Shown in pieces: positions 27,401-37,001 of a stretch of DNA of 64,000 nucleotides (the stretch's first letter is position 1; each line of letters opens with the position of its first letter). The notes under the pieces were generated by a model. It made no database searches and was not told the DNA's origin. It was given only the letters and a program-made list of their open reading frames with translations. The DNA comes from Dehalococcoidia bacterium. GTDB taxonomy: Bacteria > Chloroflexota > Dehalococcoidia > Plut-88900. The stretch lies in the NCBI GenBank assembly GCA_965197645.1, contig OZ240219.1, forward strand, positions 1,184,001 through 1,248,000. Reading direction: 5' to 3'. The position numbers and the translations under genes were made by a program.

Positions 27401-28231
27401 TCAGAGTGCCTGAAAGTAACGCTTACCCTCCAGCCGTATCACCCTACCGAAGCCGGGGGCCGGGAAGTGGCCGGCTGCCAGGGTCAGACCCTCCTCCTCC
27501 AGCCATTTCATAGTCGATTCCCGGGTTGTTCCGGCCGTGTCACTGTCCACGTCTGCCGTGTTCTCCCAGCCGGTCTCGTGGACCTGTCGAGGGTGGTGAG
27601 CGACGTCCCCCAGGATAAGCCCCTTCTCACCGTCGGAGGAGACCAGGATGCTCATGTGGCCCGGGGTGTGGCCGGGGGTGGGGATGGCCGTAACCTCATC
27701 CGTGAGGCTGTGCTCGCCGTCGATGGTATCCAGGACGCCATCCCGGTCCAGCGGGTCCATGGCTTTGGGACGGGAGAGTTCGCTGGCGGTCTCGGCGTCT
27801 TTGTGAAAGAAGCTCCAGTCCTCGGAGCTCACCAGGTATCGAGCCCTGGGAAAGGTGGGAACATAACGCCCCTCTCGCTTGCTGGTGTTCCAGCCGATGT
27901 GATCGTAGTGGAGGTGGGTCATGAAAACGATATCGATCTCTCCTGGGTCGATGGACTGGGAAGACAACTTGTCCATCAGCAGTCCCCACTCGCTGCCGGA
28001 GTCATCGAGAGGCAAGGGCCCCATGCCCGTGTCCACCAGAATAGTCTGTCCGCCGGACCGAACCAGGTAGCTGCCCAGGTTAAGGTCCAGCTGTGGGGCG
28101 CCATCGGGCAGAGAGCAGCCGCATGCCCAGATGGTGTCCGGGACATCGGGGTAGAACTCCCGTGCCTTGAACCGCATGATCCCATCGGACAGGTGGACTA
28201 CCTGAACGTTCCCTATGGTTATCTGTTCGAT
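27401..28231 (-). CDS. MBL-fold metallo-hydrolase, tandem paralog
   Basis: THLHYDHIG, TPGHTPGH; homology to the paralog extends 18 codons upstream of the ATG at 28177, to an ATC after GGAGGT. Confidence 0.9.
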   Translation of the reverse strand: MEQITIGNVQVVHLSDGIMRFKAREFYPDVPDTIWACGCSLPDGAPQLDLNLGSYLVRSGGQTILVDTGMGPLPLDDSGSEWGLLMDKLSSQSIDPGEIDIVFMTHLHYDHIGWNTSKREGRYVPTFPRARYLVSSEDWSFFHKDAETASELSRPKAMDPLDRDGVLDTIDGEHSLTDEVTAIPTPGHTPGHMSILVSSDGEKGLILGDVAHHPRQVHETGWENTADVDSDTAGTTRESTMKWLEEEGLTLAAGHFPAPGFGRVIRLEGKRYFQAL

Positions 28232-28306
28232 AGATACACCTCCAGACCAAACTGGCCCAACCGGACGGGAGTTTGAGGTGCCTCCACCTCGCTGACTGGT
28301 CCGGGT

Positions 28307-29692
28307 CTAGCTGGTAACACCGACCTCTTTTTCGAACTCGGTGAGTGATCGGTCCAGGGCATCCACCAGCTCGTCGATCTGGTCCCTGGTGATGGACAGG
28401 GGTGGGGCGATGAAGAGGGGCAAGCCCCTGGTGTGGGCGGCGGGACGCCGTGGCCCGTACAGGGTGCCGTACATCGCCAGACCGTTCTTCATAGCGATGC
28501 TCTGGAACCGCTCCTCTGCGTTTACCTCCGGCGGGAAGAACTCCATCGATTCCTTGTTGTTGACGAACTCTGGAACGAAGAGCATTCCCTGGCCCCGCAC
28601 GTCGGCGATGGTCGGGTGCTCCATCAGAGCGTCCTTCTTCGAATGGAGGTAGGCCCCCATCTCGGCCGCGTTTTCTATCAGCCCATCCTTCTCCAGGATA
28701 TCGATGACGGCGAGACCGGCGGCGCAGGCCAGTGCGTGACCCGAGTAGGTGTAGCCGTGGATGAAATGAGCGTCTCCCGAGGCAAAAGGCTCGTTGACCT
28801 CGTCGCTGACCGTGACCGCGGCCAGGGGTTCGTAGCAGCTGGCAATACCCTTGGCGGTGACCATTATGTCGGCCTGGACGTCGTAGTGCTCCATACCGAA
28901 CCACTTACCGGTCCGGCCCCAGCCGGTGATCACCTCGTCGGCAATCAGCAATATGTCGTACCTGTCGCAGATCTCTCGGATGGTGTGCCAGTACTGAGCG
29001 GGAGGCTTGAGGCCGTAGTCCTCGCCCTGGCCCAGGGGCATGGCGACGAACGCGGCCACGTTTTCGGCGCCGGTGTAGTGTATTGCTTCCTCCAGCTCCC
29101 TAGCGCACTGGATGGCGTAGTCCTCGAAGCTGGTCCGGGGCGGGGTCTGGGTGCTGGGCTGGCGAATGTGAGGCCAGGCGAAGAGCATGTTGTTGAACTG
29201 GTTCCGGTTGGTGGGCCCGCCGGCCACCGATAGCGCCCCGAGGCTCATTCCGTGATAGCTCTCCCATCGGGAGATGACTATGTTCTTCTGGGGATTGCCC
29301 CTGGCGGTGTGATACTGATGGGCCAGCTTGATGGCCGTCTCTATCGCCTCCGAACCTCCCGAGGCCAGGAAGGTGGTGTTGAGAGTGCCCGGCGCTTTTT
29401 CGCTGATCCTTTCGCACAACTCGGCTCGAGGCCTGTTGGAGAGGACCGGGTGGACGTAGGAGAACTTCTCCGCCTGCTTGGTGATCGCCTCGATAATCCG
29501 AGGATCACCGTGTCCCAGGTTGACCGCCATCGGCCCGCCGGAGGCGTCCATGTAGCGGTTGCCGTCCTCGTCGTAAAGATAGACGCCCTCAGCACGATCT
29601 AGGACCGGTGTGAAGGGATGGTAGGAGAACGGCTTTTCCCAGATCCCATCGGGCTTTCTCAGTCCAGGCCTTGATTCTCCGACAGCTGCCAT
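28307..29692 (-). CDS. Class III PLP-dependent aminotransferase
   Basis: AEGVYLYD..G.RYMD, SGGSEAIETAIKLA, SYHG, LIADEVITGWGRTG, TAKG; start MAAVGES. Confidence 0.93.
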   Translation of the reverse strand: MAAVGESRPGLRKPDGIWEKPFSYHPFTPVLDRAEGVYLYDEDGNRYMDASGGPMAVNLGHGDPRIIEAITKQAEKFSYVHPVLSNRPRAELCERISEKAPGTLNTTFLASGGSEAIETAIKLAHQYHTARGNPQKNIVISRWESYHGMSLGALSVAGGPTNRNQFNNMLFAWPHIRQPSTQTPPRTSFEDYAIQCARELEEAIHYTGAENVAAFVAMPLGQGEDYGLKPPAQYWHTIREICDRYDILLIADEVITGWGRTGKWFGMEHYDVQADIMVTAKGIASCYEPLAAVTVSDEVNEPFASGDAHFIHGYTYSGHALACAAGLAVIDILEKDGLIENAAEMGAYLHSKKDALMEHPTIADVRGQGMLFVPEFVNNKESMEFFPPEVNAEERFQSIAMKNGLAMYGTLYGPRRPAAHTRGLPLFIAPPLSITRDQIDELVDALDRSLTEFEKEVGVTS

Positions 29693-29901
29693 AATAACCT
29701 CCCCGTTGCCTAGCTGTTGCGCCCGTTTCGTAGCTATGGCGATACTAACATGGCCCCAAAAAGCCGTCAACGACAGCTAGATGACTCTCTCCACACGCCA
29801 TGAAATGGTGGTGTACCGAAGAGAGGAAAACGGAGCATTGGCGAACTTCAACCCGAAGGGGTAAAATCGGCGGCAGGTCTGCTTCGATTCAGGAGGTGTA
29901 C

Positions 29902-31137
29902 ATGGAGGGTCCCCTTGCCGGCATCAAGGTGCTGGAGGTAGCCAACTTCCTCGCCGTGCCCTCGGCTGGCGTTTTGATGGCGGACATGGGCGCCGACGTG
30001 ATCAAGGTCGAGCCGCCCAGCGGCGACCCCTATCGCCAGCGGTACGCCACTTCCGACTTCGATTTCGATTTCGCCACCTCCTACGGTTTCGAGCTGGACA
30101 ATCGAGGGAAACGCAGCATGGTCCTGGACCTGCGAAAGAAGAGGTCCCGGGAGGTGGTCCACGATCTGGCTGGCAAAGTGGACGTGTTCACCACCAACCT
30201 GCTGCCGCGGCGAATGGAGCGCTACAACCTCCGCTACGAGGACCTGGCCCCCGGTAATCCGCGGCTGATCTACCTGTGCTTCAACGGGTACGGCGCCGAG
30301 GGGGAGGAGAAAGACCGGCCCGGGTTCGACTACACGGCCTTCTGGGCCCGCTCCGGGGCGATGCATATCCTGAGCGATCCCGATCTGGCCCCCACCCAGC
30401 TGCGTCCCGGTTTCGGAGACCACTGCTCGGCGCCCCTGCTGCTGGCCGGCACCATGGTCGCCCTCTGGGAACGGGAGCGCACGGGCAAAGGCCAGAAGGT
30501 GTCAACCTCGCTGCTCAACATGGGCATGTGGGCCATCAGCGGCGACGTGCAACGGGCCCTGGTGGCGAACCTGGAGCCCAGGTACTACAGACGCACCACC
30601 GAGTCCAATCCCCTCCGCAACACCTATCGCACGAAGGATAGGAAATGGCTGAACATAGTCATGCTCAACAGGGACGATTCCTGGGTCAGGACCTGCACAG
30701 CCCTCGGTCGGGAGGACCTGTTGACCGATGACCGGTACAGCAGCCCCTCGCAACGGACCGAGCACAGCATCCAACTGATCGAAGAGTTCGACCGGGCCTT
30801 CGGATCGATGACCCTGGAGGAGCTGACTCCCAGGCTGGACGCCAATGCCGTCATATGGGCCCCCAAGCGCACGGTGCTGGAGGCCGTCAACGATGGGCAG
30901 ACGGTCGTAAACGAGATGATCACCTCTGTCGAGCACCCCGTTCACGGTGAGTACCGGACCCTGGATACCCCCATCAAGTTCAGCGAAAGCCAGGTTGGCG
31001 CCAAAAGGGCCGCCCCCGATGCAGGCCAGCACACCGAGGAGGTGTTGCTGGAGATGGGTTACTCCAGGTCGGATATCGATGAGCTCAGGACTGCCGGAGT
31101 CTTCACCGACGATACAGAGCCGGCCCCGCCGCACTAA
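29902..31137 (+). CDS. CaiB/BaiF CoA-transferase
   Basis: AGGAGG SD; GPLAGIKVLE, ADMGADVIKVEPP, NRGKRS, PGFGDH. Confidence 0.93.
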   Translation: MEGPLAGIKVLEVANFLAVPSAGVLMADMGADVIKVEPPSGDPYRQRYATSDFDFDFATSYGFELDNRGKRSMVLDLRKKRSREVVHDLAGKVDVFTTNLLPRRMERYNLRYEDLAPGNPRLIYLCFNGYGAEGEEKDRPGFDYTAFWARSGAMHILSDPDLAPTQLRPGFGDHCSAPLLLAGTMVALWERERTGKGQKVSTSLLNMGMWAISGDVQRALVANLEPRYYRRTTESNPLRNTYRTKDRKWLNIVMLNRDDSWVRTCTALGREDLLTDDRYSSPSQRTEHSIQLIEEFDRAFGSMTLEELTPRLDANAVIWAPKRTVLEAVNDGQTVVNEMITSVEHPVHGEYRTLDTPIKFSESQVGAKRAAPDAGQHTEEVLLEMGYSRSDIDELRTAGVFTDDTEPAPPH

Positions 31138-31241
31138 ATCGGACATTACGGCCCCGGCCCGGCGCCTCGCGCTAGGCGTACGTCTTAGGCCTCGACAAAA
31201 CCACAGTCAACCGCACACCGTGGCTCAGTTTATTATGGGGT

Positions 31242-31721
31242 TCACGTACGCGTTTTGGTTATTGGATATACCTGGTGATCAGGATCCCACCAAAGCAAAG
31301 CATAGATGTTCTCGTGTTTGATGCACCAGAACCGGGGTTTACTGCTAACCCGAAATGACCACAGGTTGTCCTGGTCATCCAGTTGCAGTTGCCGAAGCCG
31401 TTCCTTGGATTTCTTCGATATATTGGATAGAGGAACGCCGTGATGGCTTTTCGCAGCTTTCAGTTCGGGAATGGTCATTTTCTCGAATTCAGCCATCCGC
31501 GTCCAAACGGCCTGCCGCTCTGCATTGGAGATGTGGTTCCAAGAGAACGGCCCGCTCAAGTCACAAATACTGAACCGCCATGCCAAATGACGATCTTCAA
31601 TTGCTGCGATCCCGAGAATCGTCTTGGTTCGTTTGACGGCACTAATGGGTTCGTTCTGTTTGGTTCGCTTAGGGGCAGTATGGCGCTCCTTTTGCCTAGT
31701 TCGTTTAGTTTTCTTCGTCAT
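31242..31721 (-). CDS. Putative toxin (RelE/ParE-like fold) of a Panacea TA pair
   Basis: Overlaps the upstream Panacea gene; C-terminal LWSFRVS.KPRFW..K..NIYALLWWDPDHQVY pattern; lower GC. Confidence 0.6.
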   Translation of the reverse strand: MTKKTKRTRQKERHTAPKRTKQNEPISAVKRTKTILGIAAIEDRHLAWRFSICDLSGPFSWNHISNAERQAVWTRMAEFEKMTIPELKAAKSHHGVPLSNISKKSKERLRQLQLDDQDNLWSFRVSSKPRFWCIKHENIYALLWWDPDHQVYPITKTRT

Positions 31722-32166
31722 ATAGGAGTTCGCTGTAATATCCCATGAGGTCGTCGTGGGATATCACGGCATTCCCCCGTTCTCCTATATCTAGTCCAGC
31801 GCTTCGTCGGGTAGCTCGCCAAGGGCGTTCTCTGTGCGTTAAGGCGCTGAGTTCCGCCCCCGTCTTGTCTCCATAGGAGTCCAAGACAATGTCAATGGTT
31901 TCTTGCTGGTCTTGGGAGAGTTGACTGGAGTCGCCGTTCCCCATTTTGGAAATAGTGAAGTATCCTCGGTGTTTTTCGTATAGGGGAAGCACGACAGGCC
32001 CATTTGCCCAAGCCTCAATTCGCTCTTCAAACAAGGGCAACTCATCCCATACCAGAGACCACGCCTGACTGTAATAGCATAGTTTTTGAAGTTTCCACGT
32101 GGACATACTGCCACGCTTCTCTAAAATGTATGCGGCGACATCAAAGACTGTAGGTGGTTCAGCCAT
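31705..32166 (-). CDS. Panacea domain (DUF4065/SocA/GepA-like) antitoxin
   Basis: AGGAGG SD; VFDVAAYIL, KLQKLCYYSQAW, PLF.ERIEAWANGPVV..LY, LSALTH.E.PW. Confidence 0.9.
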   Translation of the reverse strand: MAEPPTVFDVAAYILEKRGSMSTWKLQKLCYYSQAWSLVWDELPLFEERIEAWANGPVVLPLYEKHRGYFTISKMGNGDSSQLSQDQQETIDIVLDSYGDKTGAELSALTHRERPWRATRRSAGLDIGERGNAVISHDDLMGYYSELLYDEEN

Positions 32167-32391
32167 TGTATGTTTCCTCCTGTGCCCTTCAGACCCATCC
32201 GGTCTACCTTGTGGGATAGGTGACCGAATTGGTCTATTGGGCATCCTGCCAACAATTCCTAGTGTAACTTCCAGGATGTGTGACGACAAGGCTCGCCTTG
32301 ACAACTCCCCGACCCGGTCATAACCTTGTCATGGGTCAATCCCAGGCCTTGGAGATACGTCTGCGGTCGTTCACGCGGAGGAGATGCAGCA

Positions 32392-33597
32392 ATGCCGATG
32401 GCGATGGAGGGCATCAGGGTCGTAGACCTGACCACCGGCCAGCAAGGCCCCGTGGCTGCCGCCATGCTCGCCGACATGGGCGCCGAGGTCCTCAAGATCG
32501 AGCTTAAAGACGTGGGCGACCCGGGCCGCAACGTTCGCACCGAGGTCCCCGGCCAGGAACCCTTCCCCCTCTCCTACTACTTCGAGAACAACAACCGGAA
32601 CAAGAAGGGTGTGGCCGTCGACTACACCTCTCAGGCCGGTCGAGACGTGGTCTACCGGCTGGTCGAGACCTCGGACGTGTTCCTCTCCAACTTCCCGATC
32701 ACGACCCTCGAGGAGATGGGGTTCGACTACGAGACCCTGCAGGGGCGGAACCCCAAGATCATCTACGCCGTGGCGACCGCCTTCGGCCCCACGGGACCGG
32801 ACAAGGACAAGTCGGCCACCGGCGATACGGTCCAGCTGCACGGCGGGGTACTCAGCCACGGCAACTCTGATGGTCCCGTTCCCTTCTGGGGTGGCCTCGC
32901 CGAGCAGGAAGACGCCATTCTGATGGCCTATGGCATCGTCAGCGCGCTCATCGCCAGAGAGCGGCACGGCATCGGGCAGGAGGTCTACTCCTCCATGCTC
33001 GGCAGCCAGATCAACTGGGCGGCGCTGAACGTCCAGGGCAACCTGTTCAACGGCGTGGAACCCTGGGGCATGAGACGGGACATGCCGCTGAGCCCCGTAT
33101 GGAACTTCTATCTGACCAAGGACAGAGAGTGGATCGCCCTCGGTTTTCTCAAGGAAGCCAAGGACTGGCCCGACCTGTGCCGCACCATCGAGAGGGAGGA
33201 CCTGGAGTTCGATCCCCGGTTCGACTCCAACGCCAAGCGTACCGGCGAGAACTCCGAGATACTGTTGAAGATCCTGGAAGACCTGTTCGCTGAGAGGACC
33301 CTGGAGGAGTGGATTACCCGGATGAAACGCAGCGACATCGCTTGGTCCGTGCTCAACGACTACGATTCCCTTTCCCGGGACGAGCAGGTCGTGGCCAACG
33401 AGTACGTCGTGGACTTCGATCACCCCAAGGTCGGCCCTGTGCAGATGGTGGGTGTGCCCTTCCGGCTGCGCGAGACTCCGGGAGGTGTGAGAACACCGGC
33501 CCCCGAGCTTGGCGAGCATACCGACGCGGTGCTGACCGGCGTGGGCGGCTACTCTTCCGATGAACTGAAGGACCTGAAAAAGACTGGCGTAATCTAA
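32392..33597 (+). CDS. CaiB/BaiF CoA-transferase (Glu at the catalytic Asp position)
   Basis: MEGIRVVDLT..QGP..LADMGAEVLKIE, NNRNKK, APELGEHT. Confidence 0.92.
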   Translation: MPMAMEGIRVVDLTTGQQGPVAAAMLADMGAEVLKIELKDVGDPGRNVRTEVPGQEPFPLSYYFENNNRNKKGVAVDYTSQAGRDVVYRLVETSDVFLSNFPITTLEEMGFDYETLQGRNPKIIYAVATAFGPTGPDKDKSATGDTVQLHGGVLSHGNSDGPVPFWGGLAEQEDAILMAYGIVSALIARERHGIGQEVYSSMLGSQINWAALNVQGNLFNGVEPWGMRRDMPLSPVWNFYLTKDREWIALGFLKEAKDWPDLCRTIEREDLEFDPRFDSNAKRTGENSEILLKILEDLFAERTLEEWITRMKRSDIAWSVLNDYDSLSRDEQVVANEYVVDFDHPKVGPVQMVGVPFRLRETPGGVRTPAPELGEHTDAVLTGVGGYSSDELKDLKKTGVI

Positions 33598-33637
33598 GGA
33601 CGGACCGGCATAATCTAGTTACAGGTAGGTGATGGAT

Positions 33638-34852
33638 ATGGTTATGGCGCTGGAAGGATTCCGAATACTCGATATGACGGTGTGGCACCACGGGCCCGGG
33701 GCAGCCACCCTGTTGGCCGATATGGGCGCCGAGGTGATCAAGGTGGAGGAGCGTCTCTCCGGAGATCCGGGCAGGGCCAGCATGGGGCTCAGCATGGGCG
33801 CCATCAATTATCCCCTGTCCTACTATTTCGAGAACAACAACCGGAACAAGAAGGCCTTCGCCATCGACCTCAAGAAGGAGAAGGGGCAGGAGGTGATGTA
33901 CCGGCTCATCGAGGAGTCGGACGTTCTGCTCTCCAACTTCCGGCGCGGCGGCCTGACGAAGCTGGGCCTGGACTACGACGATCTCAGGAAGCGAAATCCC
34001 AAGCTCATCTTCGCCCACGGCACGGGACAGGGAGAAGAGGGGCCCTACTCCAACCGGGCCTCGGGGGATATCATCGGCCAGTTCTGGGGTGGGTACATCA
34101 GCTACGACAGCACCGAGGGCCCGGTCTCAGTCTGGTCGGACCTGGCAGACCGGAGCGGCGCCGTCTCGCTGGCCTACGGTACCGCGCTGGCCCTGCTGGC
34201 TCGAGAGCGGACCGGCATAGCCCAGGAGGTCAACACATCTCTACTCGGCGGGCAGGTGCATCTGGGTGCGGTCAACTTCCAGCAGCACCTGTTCGAGGGG
34301 CACGTCCCCAGTCCGGTACGAAAGAACGGCGATAACCACGTCGATCCCTTCAGCAACAACTACAAGGACTCGGACGGCGCGTGGTTCCGAATCGACGCCT
34401 CCGCGTCCGACGCCGACTGGCACTCGTTGTGCCAGGTACTGGAGTTGGACGGCGTGGAGCGAGACCCTCGCTTCGATACTGCCGACAAGAGGAGTGGAGA
34501 GAGCTCGGCGGAGCTGGTACGCCTCCTGGAGGACAAGTTCGCCGCCCGTCCCATATCCGAGTGGGAAGCCGGTCTGGACAAGAGTGGCCTCCCCTGGGCG
34601 GCTCTCAGGACCTACTCGGAGGTGCTGCAAGACCCGCAGGTGCTGGAGAACGAGTTCGTGGCCGACCTGGACCACCCCTCCCAGGGGCCGTTGAAGATGG
34701 TCGGCGTACCGGTGCAGCTGTCCAAGACCCCCGGCAAGGTGAGGATGCCGGCCCCCGACCTGGGCCAGAACACCGAGGAGATACTCACCGAGGTCTGCGG
34801 CTACACTTGGGACGAGGTCATCGAGTTCAAGGACCTGGGCGTCATCAACTAG
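33638..34852 (+). CDS. CaiB/BaiF CoA-transferase
   Basis: LEGFRILDMT..HGP..LADMGAEVIKVE, NNRNKK, DLADRSGA, APDLGQNT. Confidence 0.92.
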   Translation: MVMALEGFRILDMTVWHHGPGAATLLADMGAEVIKVEERLSGDPGRASMGLSMGAINYPLSYYFENNNRNKKAFAIDLKKEKGQEVMYRLIEESDVLLSNFRRGGLTKLGLDYDDLRKRNPKLIFAHGTGQGEEGPYSNRASGDIIGQFWGGYISYDSTEGPVSVWSDLADRSGAVSLAYGTALALLARERTGIAQEVNTSLLGGQVHLGAVNFQQHLFEGHVPSPVRKNGDNHVDPFSNNYKDSDGAWFRIDASASDADWHSLCQVLELDGVERDPRFDTADKRSGESSAELVRLLEDKFAARPISEWEAGLDKSGLPWAALRTYSEVLQDPQVLENEFVADLDHPSQGPLKMVGVPVQLSKTPGKVRMPAPDLGQNTEEILTEVCGYTWDEVIEFKDLGVIN

Positions 34853-35139
34853 GCCACCCCAAGGCCCAACCGCTTCCCACTTCGGCGCAAGGGCTAGGGG
34901 CGCCGGGTATCTGTCCTTGTTGCAGCGAATGGCCCATCAGACCTGACGACGCCTCTCGTCCTGAGGTCCCTGTCACGTTGGCGTCTACACCCATATGCAC
35001 CAGGACGCCGTGCGCGCTGGCGCGACCGTCCGCAACCGCAGAAACATCGAGTCGCGTCCCCGGTATGGGTAGACCGGAGCGAGCTGGAGCGTTTACCCTG
35101 GCGAGTTGTGAGACTACAATACCGGGGAGGCAGTCACAA

Positions 35140-35355
35140 ATGTCAGAATCCAGGTTGAAGCAGTGGTTCACGATCGACACTATCGCGGTGGGCAACAGCG
35201 CCATCGGCCTTGTAGCAGCGGGCACCTTTAACTCCGTCGCCCTCGTTGCGGTGAGCTTCCTTAACGCCATGGGCCTGGTCGCCATCGGAGGGCTGAACGC
35301 CACGGGAGTAATCGCCATCGCCGGCGGGACCAGCAGAAGCGCGTTGCCTGTCTAG
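35140..35355 (+). CDS. Small hydrophobic Gly/Ala-rich repeat protein, 71 aa
   Basis: GGGGAGG SD; MSESRLKQWFTIDTIAVGNSAIGLVAAGTFNSVALVAVSFLNAMGLVAIGGLNATGVIAIAGGTSRSALPV. Confidence 0.65.
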   Translation: MSESRLKQWFTIDTIAVGNSAIGLVAAGTFNSVALVAVSFLNAMGLVAIGGLNATGVIAIAGGTSRSALPV

Positions 35356-35412
35356 TGGATGACACAGGGGACCGGAGGTGGTGAGCCAGATGCCTCCCTA
35401 CCTCCGGAATGG

Positions 35413-36525
35413 CTAGATATCCGAAGTTGTATTCTCTTCTTCTCTCTCTTTGACATCGTTCGCTTGTTCAGAGGGACTGAGTATTTCAGAGAGCCGTGCC
35501 CTCATACCCTCAGCATGGTCATAGAGGTCATCTAGAGTCTCTAGCTGTACATTCGTGTTATCGTCGGGTAGGCCGAACCACATACGCTCCGCTGCAAGCC
35601 GTATCCAGCAGATCGCCTTGCGACGGTTGTCGTCGAGCAGAATACTGCAGTGCCGTGTATAACGCCTGAGGCTGACGCGTTGCACCGACACCATGTCCCT
35701 GACAATGGCTTTGACGATTTGTAGAGACTCTATCTCCGCGGGAGCGAACTCCGCTTTGTCGTCGCCTTGCTCCGTGGTTTGATCTGATTCAGGTGTCGCG
35801 GTGTGCTCACCTCCTTGCGCCAATGCAGATTTCAGCCGACTATCGATACGCTCATTGATAAACTCAGTTATCGCTTGATGCGTTAGAGTTTTGAACATCT
35901 CCCTTACGCCAGAGGTGGCCACACCTTTATAAATCTGTCTGATAATGAAGCGTACAAAGTCCTCCGAAGGGCTAGAGAATTCCTCTGACAGTACTCGCTT
36001 GATCTCGGTGGTGTATTTCAGGTCTTTAGCAGCATCTACGGCCTCACTCATATCAAAGGTCGACTTGGTGAACCGCTTTAGCTCCGCGACCTGAGCATCT
36101 GTGAAGTCAAGCATGTCGAACTCGAAGAATGGGCGCGGGTCCATCACGTTGGGTTCTTCGAGGTCGGAGAAGAACCGATATGTTACGCCATCGGTGAGGA
36201 TGCCGAAACGGGCGTTCGTGACAGTGAAGTAACGAAGGAGCTGTGATATCTCTTCTTCGTCTAGGTTGCTGCCATGTTTCTTGGCCTCAATCAGAATGGC
36301 TGGCTTACCGTCTTGCATCAGGGCATAGTCTACCTTCTCACCCTTCTTGGTTCCCACATCTGCGGTGAATTCAGGGACCACTTCTGTGGGGTCAAATATG
36401 TCGTACCCGAGCATCTGAACGAATGGGAGTACGAGCGCGCTTTTCGTGGCTTCTTCGGTATCGAGATGGTTTACGCGCGTGGCAAATCTGCCTGAACGGG
36501 TCCGCACCTCATCAATGAAGTCCAC
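35413..36525 (-). CDS. Stand-alone type I restriction HsdR N-terminal-like PD-(D/E)xK nuclease (COG4748-like)
   Basis: TEEATK.ALVLPF..MLGYD.FDPTEVVPEFTADVGTKKGEKVDYA...ILIEAK, QL.RYF, GILTDG. Confidence 0.85.
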   Translation of the reverse strand: MDFIDEVRTRSGRFATRVNHLDTEEATKSALVLPFVQMLGYDIFDPTEVVPEFTADVGTKKGEKVDYALMQDGKPAILIEAKKHGSNLDEEEISQLLRYFTVTNARFGILTDGVTYRFFSDLEEPNVMDPRPFFEFDMLDFTDAQVAELKRFTKSTFDMSEAVDAAKDLKYTTEIKRVLSEEFSSPSEDFVRFIIRQIYKGVATSGVREMFKTLTHQAITEFINERIDSRLKSALAQGGEHTATPESDQTTEQGDDKAEFAPAEIESLQIVKAIVRDMVSVQRVSLRRYTRHCSILLDDNRRKAICWIRLAAERMWFGLPDDNTNVQLETLDDLYDHAEGMRARLSEILSPSEQANDVKEREEENTTSDI

Positions 36526-36859
36526 AGGCCTCTCCTCTCTATATCAAGGGGTCTGGGAGCCCCCTCAAGTCGTCAGGATTTTCGGCGCCTACAGTTCATC
36601 CAGCAACATCAGCGTGGACAGGTCACTAACCCGTAATCCTTGCGACGCTGAAGCTACCCTCCGGGGGTGACTGATAAGCCGGGTCAACCGTACCCACTCG
36701 CCATACATCTGTCAATACGCTACAGAGGAGGCATTTCTGGAGTTGACCGGTAGAGCAGCAGCCGGCATCCGGGACTAGTGGGTGGGGCCTTCTCGTACCT
36801 CTGCCCCGTACAGCATCCGCAGGCTCTCCCAAACCACCGTTAACCGGTCGGTAGAACAA

Positions 36860-36990
36860 AGGGTGTGCAGAGGGGCGATGCTCGTTTTACGGGACCGCCT
36901 GATGGAAGCCGGGAGTCTGAGGGTGTCCCTCAGAAACTATCTTATTCCCCCTTCCTGACCAGGAAGGGGGCCAGGGGGATGGTCGCGGAA
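36860..36990 (+). repeat. Intergenic repeat family A
   Basis: GGGTGTGCAGAGGGGCGA...GGGAGTCTGAGGGTGTCCCTCAGAA...CCCCCTTCCTGACCAGGAAGGGGGCCAGGGGGATGGTCG. Confidence 0.8.
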
Positions 36991-37001
36991 GCCTATACCG
37001 G

